From assembly GCA_030167865.1 (NCBI GenBank), contig JALAGF010000885.1, forward strand, positions 1-55,713: a stretch of DNA of 55,713 nucleotides, given 5' to 3'. Origin of the DNA: Craspedostauros australis. Its lineage: Eukaryota. Position 1 is the stretch's first letter. Every line of letters begins with the position of its first letter. The translations under genes and the position numbers were made by a program. Of the stretch, positions 1 to 10,096 are shown in pieces. Below the pieces are notes generated by a model that saw only the letters and a list, made by a program, of their open reading frames with translations, did not search any database and was not told the origin of the DNA.

Positions 1-2679
1 GACCCTCCAGCCTCCTCGCCCAGCACCATGCCTGTCACACCCACCAGAGCTCCCAGTACCAAGGCAAGCAAGAGCCCGAGTCCAACTCCTTCTGGAGACA
101 GAAGCGGCAGCGGTCCTCCAGTCGATCTCGGCACTGACCCTCCAGCCTCCTCGCCCAGCACCATGCCTGTCACAAGCTCTGACGATGGCAAAGGAAAGGG
201 TAAGGGAGGAAAAGGTAAAGGAGGAAAGGGCGGAAAAGGAGACAAGTCAAGCAAGAGTCCGAGTCCAACTCCTTCTGGAGACAGAAGTGGCAGTGGTCCT
301 CCGATCGGTTTCGGCACACCTACGCACGCACCCACCGACATACCTTTCACAAGTACGACATCTTCCGACACGAGTTCCACGGATATCGATCCGCCAAGCG
401 ATTCTGAAGACACACCAACAAGGGCACCGTCAATCTCTACGACATCAAACAGCACAAGCAGCTCGAGCTTCAGCGGCGACGGCCCCAACAGTGAATCGCC
501 CAGTGCTACTCCTACGCTGAGTCCTGTGCCAACACAGTACCCATCTGCAACACCATCGGCGAGCGTGGAGCCTTCGCTGGACCCCGACCGTGAATCGCCC
601 AATGCACCACCCATCGCCATCGAATTTTCGGAGAGCCCAACCACAGCGCCTTCACGGACGCCATCTGCGGTGCCAACCGACACGACGAAACCATCGGCTC
701 AACCTTCTGCAGTTCCAACTGACACGACTCTGCCCTCCATCGCACCGTCGGTGACACCAACAGACACAACAAAACCATCGGCACCTCCGTCCGCCGTTCC
801 TACGGACACGACCCTGCCCTCCATCCCACCGTCAGCGACTCCAACTGAGAGCGCGGTCCCGTCGAATCTCTTCTCGATATCGCCGACGATGAGCGCCGCG
901 CCATCGGCATCACCGTCCGCAGCGCCAACCGACACGACGAAACCATCCGCTCAGCCTTCTGCAGTTCCAACGGATACAACTGTGCCATCTATCCCACCGT
1001 CTGCGGTCCCAACGGATACAACTGTGCCATCTATCCCACCGTCTGCAGTTCCGACGGACACAACTGTGCCATCCATTCCACCATCCGCAGTCCCAACTGA
1101 TACAACTGTGCCATCCATCCCACCGTCTGCAGTCCCAACGGATACAACTGTGCCCTCCATCCCACCGTCAGCGACTCCAACCGAGAGCGCGGTGCCGTCG
1201 AATCTCTTCTCGATATCGCCGACAATGAGCGCCGCGCCATCGGTATCACCGTCCGCAACGCCAACCGACACGACGAAACCATCCGCTCAGCCTTCTGCAG
1301 TTCCAACGGATACAACTGTGCCATCCATCCCACCGTCTGCAGTCCCAACCGACACGACCGTACCATCTATTCCCCCGTCGGCGACTCCAACTGATACAAC
1401 CGTACCATCCATCCCACCGTCTGCGGTCCCAACGGATACAACTGTGCCATCTATCCCACCGTCTGCAGTTCCGACGGACACAACTCTGCCATCCATTCCA
1501 CCGTCTGCAGTTCCAACGGATACAACTGTGCCATCCATCCCACCGTCTGCGGTCCCAACGGATACAACTGTGCCATCCATCCCACCGTCTGCAGTCCCAA
1601 CGGACACGACCGTACCATCAATTCCACCGTCGGCGACTCCAACTGATACAACTGTGCCATCTATTCCCCCGTCGGCGACTCCAACTGATACAACCGTACC
1701 ATCCATCCCACCGTCTGCGGTCCCAACGGATACAACTGTGCCATCTATCCCACCGTCTGCAGTTCCGACGGACACAACTGTGCCATCCATTCCACCATCC
1801 GCAGTCCCAACTGATACAACTGTGCCATCCATCCTACCGTCTGCAGTCCCAACGGACACGACCGTACCATCAATTCCACCGTCGGCGACTCCAACTGATA
1901 CAACTGTGCCATCTATTCCCCCGTCGGCAGTTCCGACGGATACGACAAAGCCGTCAGCTCAGCCTTCTGCAGTTCCAACTGAGACAACGAAGCCATCCGC
2001 ACCTCCGTCTGCAGTCCCCACAGATACAACTGTGCCGTCCATTCCCCCGTCGGCGGTTCCGACGGATACGACTGCACCATCCATTCCTCCATCTGCGGTT
2101 CCAACGGATACGACTGTGCCCTCGGCACCACCTTCGGCAGTCCCAACGGATACGACCGCACCTTCTGCGCCACCGTCCGCGGCGCCAACAGACACAACAA
2201 AGCCATCGGCGCCACCTTCCGCAGTTCCAACAGATACGACCGCGCCTTCGGCCCCTCCATCAAGCGAGCCGTCTGCGGAGCCTTCTGCGGACCCAACAGT
2301 CAGCGTGATGCCATCGAAGAGTCCAAGCGGCCAGCCTTCCCAGGAGCCCAGTGTCGACCCAGATAGGGTCGCGCCGGGTGGACCGCCCATTGAGTTTGAT
2401 GACAGCGAACCACCCAGCATGGAGATTCCCGACCCAACAGATCCTCCAGGTCCAACACGAATGCCACCGCTGATCGGTACCGACACCGACGGACCTCTGT
2501 CATGTTCGCACGGCTCCGACTGGCAGGCACTGTTCCCCGAGTACGAACCGTGCTTTGGCACATTCAACTGCATCGATCGGAATGATCCCTTCGATGGCAG
2601 AGTGACTTGCTGTCTGAAGACGTTCTGTTACTGCGCGTCGTTTGAGTCAGAGTCCGAGGACTGCGTGCCAGCACCATAA
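1..2679 (+). CDS. 5'-partial Pro/Ser/Thr-rich tandem-repeat (mucin-like) protein with a Lys/Gly tract and a C-terminal cysteine-rich domain; probable secreted or cell-wall glycoprotein
   Basis: The frame is open from base 1 (DPPASSPSTM, which recurs at 136), so the real start lies upstream of the window. It contains GKGKGKGGKGKGGKGGKGDKSSKS, a long array of 14-aa PSAVPTDTTVPSIP units and a C-terminus with 8 Cys (CSHGSDW...CCLKTFCYC...CVPAP). Stop TAA at 2677-2679. Repeat copies differ mostly at third codon positions, which supports coding on the + strand. Confidence 0.85.
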   Translation, partial: DPPASSPSTMPVTPTRAPSTKASKSPSPTPSGDRSGSGPPVDLGTDPPASSPSTMPVTSSDDGKGKGKGGKGKGGKGGKGDKSSKSPSPTPSGDRSGSGPPIGFGTPTHAPTDIPFTSTTSSDTSSTDIDPPSDSEDTPTRAPSISTTSNSTSSSSFSGDGPNSESPSATPTLSPVPTQYPSATPSASVEPSLDPDRESPNAPPIAIEFSESPTTAPSRTPSAVPTDTTKPSAQPSAVPTDTTLPSIAPSVTPTDTTKPSAPPSAVPTDTTLPSIPPSATPTESAVPSNLFSISPTMSAAPSASPSAAPTDTTKPSAQPSAVPTDTTVPSIPPSAVPTDTTVPSIPPSAVPTDTTVPSIPPSAVPTDTTVPSIPPSAVPTDTTVPSIPPSATPTESAVPSNLFSISPTMSAAPSVSPSATPTDTTKPSAQPSAVPTDTTVPSIPPSAVPTDTTVPSIPPSATPTDTTVPSIPPSAVPTDTTVPSIPPSAVPTDTTLPSIPPSAVPTDTTVPSIPPSAVPTDTTVPSIPPSAVPTDTTVPSIPPSATPTDTTVPSIPPSATPTDTTVPSIPPSAVPTDTTVPSIPPSAVPTDTTVPSIPPSAVPTDTTVPSILPSAVPTDTTVPSIPPSATPTDTTVPSIPPSAVPTDTTKPSAQPSAVPTETTKPSAPPSAVPTDTTVPSIPPSAVPTDTTAPSIPPSAVPTDTTVPSAPPSAVPTDTTAPSAPPSAAPTDTTKPSAPPSAVPTDTTAPSAPPSSEPSAEPSADPTVSVMPSKSPSGQPSQEPSVDPDRVAPGGPPIEFDDSEPPSMEIPDPTDPPGPTRMPPLIGTDTDGPLSCSHGSDWQALFPEYEPCFGTFNCIDRNDPFDGRVTCCLKTFCYCASFESESEDCVPAP
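661..2260 (+). repeat. Coding minisatellite with a 42-bp unit (PSAVPTDTTVPSIP) and a higher-order duplication
   Basis: Recurring unit of the form ccgtctgcagtcccaacggatacaactgtgccatccatccca. The interrupting block ESAVPSNLFSISPTMSAAPS occurs twice (about 817-990 and 1153-1325), offset by 336 bp = 8 x 42. Confidence 0.95.
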
Positions 2680-2855
2680 CCTGGCAAGACTACGACACTG
2701 TTCGATTTTAGCATATTAAAGCAAACATACAAATACCATACATACATAAAATACACATTATGAATCACCCTGTCCACACTCTCTGGTGAAGATGCATCTC
2801 TTCTGTTCCCTAAATCCCTGTTTCGTGCGTGTCTTGAGAGTGCGAGCTAGATCAC

Positions 2856-2879
2856 NNNNNNNNNNNNGGGGGGGGGGGG
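2856..2879. other. Assembly gap (12 N) followed by a G homopolymer
   Basis: N at 2856-2867 and a run of G at 2868-2879. Confidence 0.97.
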
Positions 2880-3828
2880 CAACGTGTGGCGAAGTGCCAT
2901 GTATTATGGGAAAGCACGATGCACTTAGTTTCATCGAAATGCTACGAGCAGAGTCCCTCTCACGAGTAGTTCCTTCCAGTGAACGACCTTTCCCGGATGA
3001 TTGGTATGGTACTCTCGCGTGGAGATGGAGAGAGATGATGAAGTTGATGAACAACGAGTGCGCGGAGGAGCAACCGCGAGAGTTGTTGGGGGGCGAGGGC
3101 GCTTGTTGCGAAGAGAAATCAAGAAATGGCGACACGAACCATCACTGTTGCGGTTCTCAGGGAGGTTCGTTCGTGACAACGAGACCCGCAGTGCGGCACT
3201 TTTGAAATGGTGAGGGAATGTCAATCAGAGAAACAAAGGAAACTCCGGATGCCGATGGTTGCAATGTCGCGAGGGTCGTCGTTGTGGTTGACTGCCTTGG
3301 TTGGCTTGTGGCTGGCTGGTTGGTTGAGAGACTGAGAGTCATCGGATGCAGGCTGCTCGTGAAGTACAGAGAGGAGGCACCGCATGCAACTACTCGCACG
3401 TACCAACAGAGTGTTTACGTTGCCGGTACAATGCGATACTATCATTGCAAGAATACATCAGTAGCTAGTACGCAACTCAACTCAAGTCGTGTGCGTGTTT
3501 GGATGATATGGTATGGTAGGATACAATCTCTATTCTATGTGTGCTCTATTCTATTGCTATCGTGTGCATGATGCTCAAAGCCGTTGGAGCGCACTCCTTT
3601 CAAAGGGTGGTCGCTCTGGCCTGTGCTCGTTGTTGCCATGGGGGCACGGGATCTATGCGCACTTGCAACCGTTCGTGGAGTTGCAAACCAGTGCGGTGTC
3701 ACTGGTAAGAATCACGTCCAAGGTCGTGTGGCTGGTTGCGATGTGTGATTTGCGCTGCGCGCGTGAATGAGTGCGGACCGGCGCAGGCACTGGTGTGATG
3801 CACTGGTGTGGTCTGCTGGTTGCAGCAT

Positions 3829-4374
3829 TCAAGCCGCGCGGCATCGGATAGCTGGTTGCGATGCCAGTCTGGAGCCCGAGATGATACGCTTGGCGCCCTC
3901 CTTTCGCACCGGTGCTCGCTTTGGGAGTGGCGCTGGCATGGCGGCCTCTGCGTCTCTGAGCGCTGTGCAGTAGGCGGCGACCTTGCTCTGGTGCGATATC
4001 TGCTGGTAGATCTGCGAGATGGCCTCTGGGTCTCTGACTCCCATGCAGTTCTGGTGGTGCTGTTCGCGCAGGACGGAGACGATGGCGATGACGAAGTCAG
4101 GCGATCGGTTGACTCTCTTCTCGAGGCCTCGAGTGCAGTAGTCGTCGCCTCCCATGTCGATGACGCCCTGCTTCATCATCTTGATGGTGCGCTTGCAGGA
4201 GAGCTTGATGGCCATGTTCTCGCTCTGGTTGAACCACGTGCTGCTGCGTTCCTGCATCGAGTACTCGTTCTTGTGCAGGCATTCCTTGACAGTCACTGCT
4301 GTGTTGAATGACACCGCCTTGCGCTTGTGTGCGCGCGTCTGTGTGTTGGCCTTGTATGTTGGTGCTGGAGACAT
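3829..4374 (-). CDS. Uncharacterised protein (181 aa) of a diatom-type family, with an N-terminal KxVxF motif and C-x-RGLE / VLxEQxxQ motifs
   Basis: Single-exon ORF from ATG 4374 (MSPAPTY...KRKAVSFNTAVTV...TWF...YCTRGLEKR...VLREQHHQ...DPEAISQIY...ALRDAEAA). The motif order matches my recollection of an expanded unknown diatom family. A CA-rich leader lies upstream on the same strand. Confidence 0.8.
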   Translation of the reverse strand: MSPAPTYKANTQTRAHKRKAVSFNTAVTVKECLHKNEYSMQERSSTWFNQSENMAIKLSCKRTIKMMKQGVIDMGGDDYCTRGLEKRVNRSPDFVIAIVSVLREQHHQNCMGVRDPEAISQIYQQISHQSKVAAYCTALRDAEAAMPAPLPKRAPVRKEGAKRIISGSRLASQPAIRCRAA

Positions 4375-7296
4375 GGTTGCTGGTGTAGGTGTGGGAATGG
4401 TGGTAGTAATTGTGTTAGCTGAATAGTAGCGTATGTAGCGTATGCAGCGTGTGTTGGTTGGTTGGTTGATGGTTGTGGACCGTTTCGATTTGTGAGCAGA
4501 GTGACAGCCTCTTCTCTGCGCCTTTTGGCTGGTTATTGTTCTCCAACAGTCTTCTGTGATGCACTGTGCTGTCCGATTGGTGGTTGTGTGGGAATGGGTG
4601 ATCGTGCAGGAAGTTGTTCCTTGTTGGCGTTCTTCTTCTTTTCGCACAACGTGCTCTCTGTTCGTGTGTGATTGCGAAGTGTCACACAAGGACAACCCCA
4701 ACACTTCATTGGAACGAAGCAAAAGACCGCACAAGACAGTACGAAGACGCGACAATAGTCGCACGAGTACAGTAAGACCACGAACAAACAAGAGAAGAGA
4801 CGACGCGGGTTGCTGAATGGGAACAGTGAAGAAACTGCACGACCTTTCAGCTGGTTTTCATTCCAATCCTGCACAGAAGTTTTCACGAATACACCAGCCA
4901 GTCGACTCGATCGATCAAAAAAAAGCCGCTCCAGGCAGGATTGGGGCTTCGTTGCGCCACGCGGCGGTACTGGTCTCAACAGAAAGGTAGCCAAGAGGCT
5001 TTGTCGGTCGCCAGCAATTGCTGCTGTGTGATTGGCTGTGGCGGCTCGCGCATGCTTCGACACAGTAGCGAATCGGTACACGTTCCGTAGTTCCCTTGGC
5101 TTCTGTGCGAGTGGGTGTTGGCGCTTTCGCCTCCCAAAGCAGTGTCGCTGATGTGGCTGATTGGTACGTGGTATCGCTTCTCCAATGGTGGTACCACGCA
5201 AACCATGTCGCAGTTGGGTTCGCAATGTTGAACCTTCTCTTCACAATACCGTACTCGCGTTGACAACGTGATGCCTCGCAGAACCGCCGGTCATTTTTGA
5301 GAGAGAGGCCAAACCCGACAATGGTGATGGTATCGCTTTCATGGGTGCCAACAAGAGAGAGAAGATAAAATAGTCGACAAGGGAGAAGCCAGCCAAGTGG
5401 ATGTACTATTAGTATACCCTATGCATACGTTATAGTCGTTGAGTACTCCACTTGCTCAACATATAACTCGTACGCGGTGCTGAGCATGCCACACCAACGA
5501 ACAGCGTGCCAAAGCAACACTCGTCCCGGTTTGCACGAGTAAAGACTACATACTGTTCCCATCTGTTCCTGCATGCACAACGGCCATACTCGCACAGCTG
5601 ACGGATGGGCGCAGATGGGTCGCATCGGTAGGCTGCGAAGTCAGACAAAGGCATGTTGGTTGCAAGCATGCCTATGGATGCTTTGCTTTGCTCTGGTCTG
5701 CTCTGGTCTGGTAAGCAAGGATAGTGCCATCCGAGCTCAGCCATGGTGCGGTGATTGGTATTCTATTGGTGCGGACGTATGTGGGTCGATCCAATTTCAT
5801 GGATGCATCCTACATACTCGAGGCACTCCACGGGATTGCTCAGTTCTGCTGTTCTACACTTTCCAGTTCCTCCAACACAGTCTACTCGTGATGCCAAACA
5901 GAGGAATCAATATGTTTGCTCTACGAGCAAGTATTCATAAATTCACTTGGAACCGTGATCATGTTCTGTCTGGACAGCTCTGCAGCATGGCATCTGCCTT
6001 CGTTTGAGTGTGTACTCGCACTATTGTCCGTATTAGCTGCATGCATGCCTCCATGCCTGCATTGGCCGTCATTATATTCCAACACCCTTGGTTCTCTGTT
6101 TGGTACTCGCTCGATGGACGCCGACGATACGCATGTTGCTAAGATTTATCGTAGTTATTGGTATCGGTACAGCGATGGGTCTCAATTCTCTCAGAGCACA
6201 CAAGCAAGTTGTATTCGTCCTCGCAGCCATCAAGTCCAAAAGCATCACTCTCTCTCTCTTGAGCGATATTCGGACCAAAAAGGCGCGAAGCTCTGATACG
6301 CATCTTTTCTCATCCGTGATCACAAAAGAGAGAAGCAAGAAGACGCTTGGATCGGCCATGTTACACTGGAGTAGAGTACATATGCTCGAGTATCACTGCC
6401 GACAATCTGCTCCAGAGTACTCGTACTTGGTTGGACCACAACGCCATTCCTTTTCTCACAGCATCCCAGTGGCTCATAATTCCTCCCACGGCCGCATGCA
6501 GTGAGGAAATAATCAAGATTACACAGTCCGCACATGGATCATGTTCGAGCTACAAGAAGATCGTCGCAAAGGTCGGTAACTTCTCATCTTGGTTGTTGGG
6601 ATTGCCACGCATGGGTTGGTCTCCTGGCAATCGTCGTCTTAGCACCATGCAGGACACAATCTTGATCCATCCATCTCTCATCCGCATCGCGCGCGAGAAG
6701 CAAAGATGATGATGATGACGATGGCGCGAATGAGTGTGTGGCAACCACTGCGACTTTTCAGGCTCCAAAAAACAGGATTGATCGTGTGCTCGTTACTCTA
6801 TGTTCGATGTGTTAGCATTTATTGCTGGATTGATTCAGTCGCAGATCGTTCAATGACGTCATGGTCGATAGTGGACTCAGTTGACTCACGTTGTTTTGAA
6901 CGTATCTTTGTGTGACATGTTGTTCGAGAGACAAGTCGTCGGATTGACGAATTTGTGTTGATGTTGAAAGACACTTGACACCGATGATGACATCCTCTGG
7001 CCCGTGACCGCATGACATCGTAAGTATCGGCACATCCACTGCACGTTCTTGTGTGCTTGCTTCGTCAGAAACGACAAGGACGCCCGACAAAAGATAGAGG
7101 CAACTTCCGGAGTATCACCATCACCATCGTCGCCACCATTACTGACGTAGCTGCGCATCCTTCACCAAGTTTCTGCCCATCAGCATCAGCATCAACATCA
7201 ACATCAACATCAACATCATCCACAGAACAGCATTGAGCATTTGAGCAACCTTCTCCATCCACAAGCAAGCAACCGCACACGAATCAAATCCACACA

Positions 7297-9719
7297 ATGA
7301 AGATCAGCAGCTCTGCCGTCATCGCTCTTGGCTTCATGCCATTCGCTGATGCGTTCGTGACACCAAGCGCTGGATCCAACTCAGCGTCTGCTTTGCACGC
7401 TCAGAAGAACAGCAACGGATGGCTTGCACCTGCTGCCGTCGCGGCGGCTGGAGTGGCGTTCTCTGCTCAAGTTGCGGGAGCCACAGTGGAGCAGGCGCCT
7501 CTCATGCAGGCACAGATCATTGAGATTTCGCAAGGTGAGCGATGCGAAGCTATACGAACCTATCGTACTCGTCTGAAATGGAGGGTAATGGATGCCACAA
7601 TACAGCAGGAGATTGCCACAAGGAAGCGTCGGATGGATGAGCACATCTGATGTGTCCCATACTCGGATCTAGACATCATGCTGCTGCACTCCGCATCGTC
7701 GCCTCAAGGCATCATACCACCAAGCAAAGGGCATCTGGTGATGATCTTGGTCGCGGACTGAGCCATGCCGTCGGTTGCCGCCATCTGTGCACCGGCAGAA
7801 GACATGAATCTATACCGACATCTGTGTCGCCGTCTGTATCGACATATGCATAATTCAATCTGTGCTCAGCAACTCACATCGTTCTCGCGTCGCTCCACCA
7901 TCCTCTACTCTACACTTCGCTCCACTGTGCCTGACATACTCAACGACAACACGATGATCACACCGTACCATCAAATCGATACCGCTCACACATTCGGCTT
8001 GATTTGACGATATTGATCCGTCACTCTGCACCAAATCGAATGGCACGCAACTCATCCCCCACACTCCGCTATCATACAATCTCTCCATAAATGCTGTTGC
8101 CATTACTTGTACGCAGAAAATGTGGTCGCCCAACAAACGCAGACGGCGCCTTCCAGCTTCATGTCGGCCTCCAACATGCTTGCCAAGTCGGATGATTACC
8201 TGGACTTCAGCATGCCATCCTACGGCAGCGCCGTGACGGACACCACGGCCAAGCCAAAGATCGAGGCACCCAGTTTCTTCAATCCATTCGGCGATAAGCC
8301 AAGCGAACCGGAACAACCAGCAGCGCCATCCGCCGAGGACACCAAGGCGGCCGACGAAAAGGCGGCGCTCGAGACGAAGCGTGCCGAGGAGCGTGCCGCC
8401 AACGATGCGCGACGGGAAAAGGAACGTCTCGCACGTGAAGAGGAGAAGGCGGTCGAAGAGGCGCGCAAGGCCGAAGAGAAGGCGGAAGCGGAAGCTCGCA
8501 AGGCGGAGGAGAAGGCGGCGAAGGAGGCTGAGGCGGAGGCACGCAAGGCTGAAAAGGAGGCGCGTCGTAAGGCGGAGCTCGAGAAGCAAAAGTTGGCCGT
8601 GGAGCGTGCTGCTGCCGAGAAGAAGACGGCGGAAGAAGCGGTCTCTGCGCCAGCTCCGGCTCCTGTAAGTTCGTTGCACTGTGTGTTTGCTTCCGCGTTC
8701 TGTTGCTATGTTTATGCGTCCACTTGGCTGAATGGATGATTGACGAAATGCTTGCTGGACGGGCCCCATGGTCCATTTTGGAACATGTTGATGGGCGCAA
8801 AAATACCCACTGAGCAAGGATTCAGCTCAGCAGAGCACAGACCACTCTAGCGCAAGTGATAATGGAACAGAGCGAACAGATGGAATCCAATGCAATGCAA
8901 TGCAATTAAACTGACACTGTCTTGGCTGCATCTTTTTTTCGCAACCATTTCAATTTTAAACATGCAGGCGGCCGCGCCTGCTGTCGTGGCAGCACCTGAG
9001 GTCAAGCTGGAGATCCCAGAATTCAAGGCCCCGGATGTCAAGCTGGATCTTCCAGAGTTCAAGGCGCCAGACATCAAGGTCCCAGACTTCAAGGCGCCCG
9101 ATATCAAGGTTCCAAGCTTCTCCGTCCCTAAGTTGGATTTGCCAAAGGTGGACTTGCCAAAGGTGGACTTGCCAAAGGTGGACTTGCCAAAGGTGGACTT
9201 GCCAAAGGTGGACACCGGAGCCCTGCCGAGCTTCTCCATCCCATCCGTGAATGGTGGATACGATCTCGGCACCGCCGATGACGAAGAGCCAGTCGAAGCA
9301 CAGGAAATCAGAGATGACCGTGCCCGTGCTGCACGAGTTGTGTTCAAGGATGCCGATGAAGAAGCTATTGTAAGTGTACCAAAAGGTGGCTGCATGCAAT
9401 CGTCCGTTTGCTGTGTACTCGCATGCACCGTACTCCACTGTACTCTACCTGTCTTCATCATTATCATGATCAATGCCACCATCACTGTCTCACACAGAAC
9501 AACCATTGTTTCGCCCATTCCAAAACACCCCATTCCTCGTATGGGATGCGACCTTGCATACCGTACGAACCGCAACAGGCCATGGAGAAGAAGGCACAGG
9601 AATACAGAGCAATGGCGAACGAAAAGAAGCAGCTTGCCAAGGAAGCCAAGGATGATGCATGCAAAACACGCTGGGGAGGAAAGATTCTTTGCCTGCGCCC
9701 ATTCAACTCCGGATACTAA
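7297..9719 (+). CDS. Plastid-targeted, probably thylakoid-lumen, protein with an Ala/Glu/Lys coiled coil, pentapeptide repeats and a C-terminal Cys pair; 4 exons
   Basis: Exons 7297-7534, 8117-8664, 8968-9369 and 9579-9719 have GT-AG junctions that keep frame (phases 1, 0, 0). The N-terminus MKISSSAVIALGFMPFADA-FVTPS is a signal peptide with an ASAF-type cleavage site, followed by a second hydrophobic segment ending in AGA. C-terminus DACKTRWGGKILCLRPFNSGY. Confidence 0.85.
9139..9213 (+). repeat. Perfect 15-bp coding tandem repeat (ttgccaaaggtggac) x5 encoding LPKVD
   Basis: Five identical copies read directly, preceded by degenerate PEFKA/PDIKV pentapeptides from about 9016. Confidence 0.97.
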
Positions 9720-10096
9720 ATTCACGTGTTGACGATGACGGTAAAGACAAGAAGTGATGGCGACTCCACTATCATTCTATTCACTCGAAATCGCATGGTA
9801 ACATTCATCTGCGGATAGCGCAAAGGAGCTGATTGGTGTGGACTCGTTGGCTCGTTGAATCTATTCGTCGACGGCTTGGGTTAACGGAGAAGCGCGCGCA
9901 TGCATACTTACAGACATTCATGGAAATAAAACAGCAGACTCTCATTGCACCTTTCAAGAGGCAGAACGATGCAAACGGAAACCATCATGAAGTCAATTAA
10001 CAAAGCAGAAAACGCAATGCAGGCTATTATTGTTACAGGCTATTCTATGATGCATTGCGAATTGGAATGTGTACATTTGTTTGACTCTCCCCCTCC

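Noticed and set aside
661-2260. Regular repeat array considered as a CRISPR array
   Set aside because: The units are contiguous with no unique spacers, lie in frame within a CDS, have no cas genes nearby and sit in a eukaryotic context.
512-2573. Long minus-strand ORFs with VVSVGTADGG repeats
   Set aside because: Antisense shadows of the 42-bp coding repeat. Synonymous-site variation fits the + strand frame.
2758-3224. ORFs spanning or adjoining the N gap and poly-G
   Set aside because: They cross an assembly gap and show no recognisable motifs or codon bias.
4375-4791. Upstream in-frame extension of the 3829-4791 ORF
   Set aside because: Non-ATG start and CA-rich low-complexity sequence typical of 5' leaders here. 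ATG 4374 is preferred.
5161-5340. Short repeated words tggtatcgctt and caatggtg
   Set aside because: Only two copies of 8-11 bp, compatible with chance.
5400-7250. Several 60-140 aa ORFs on both strands
   Set aside because: No domain signatures, no coding bias and no consistent splice model.
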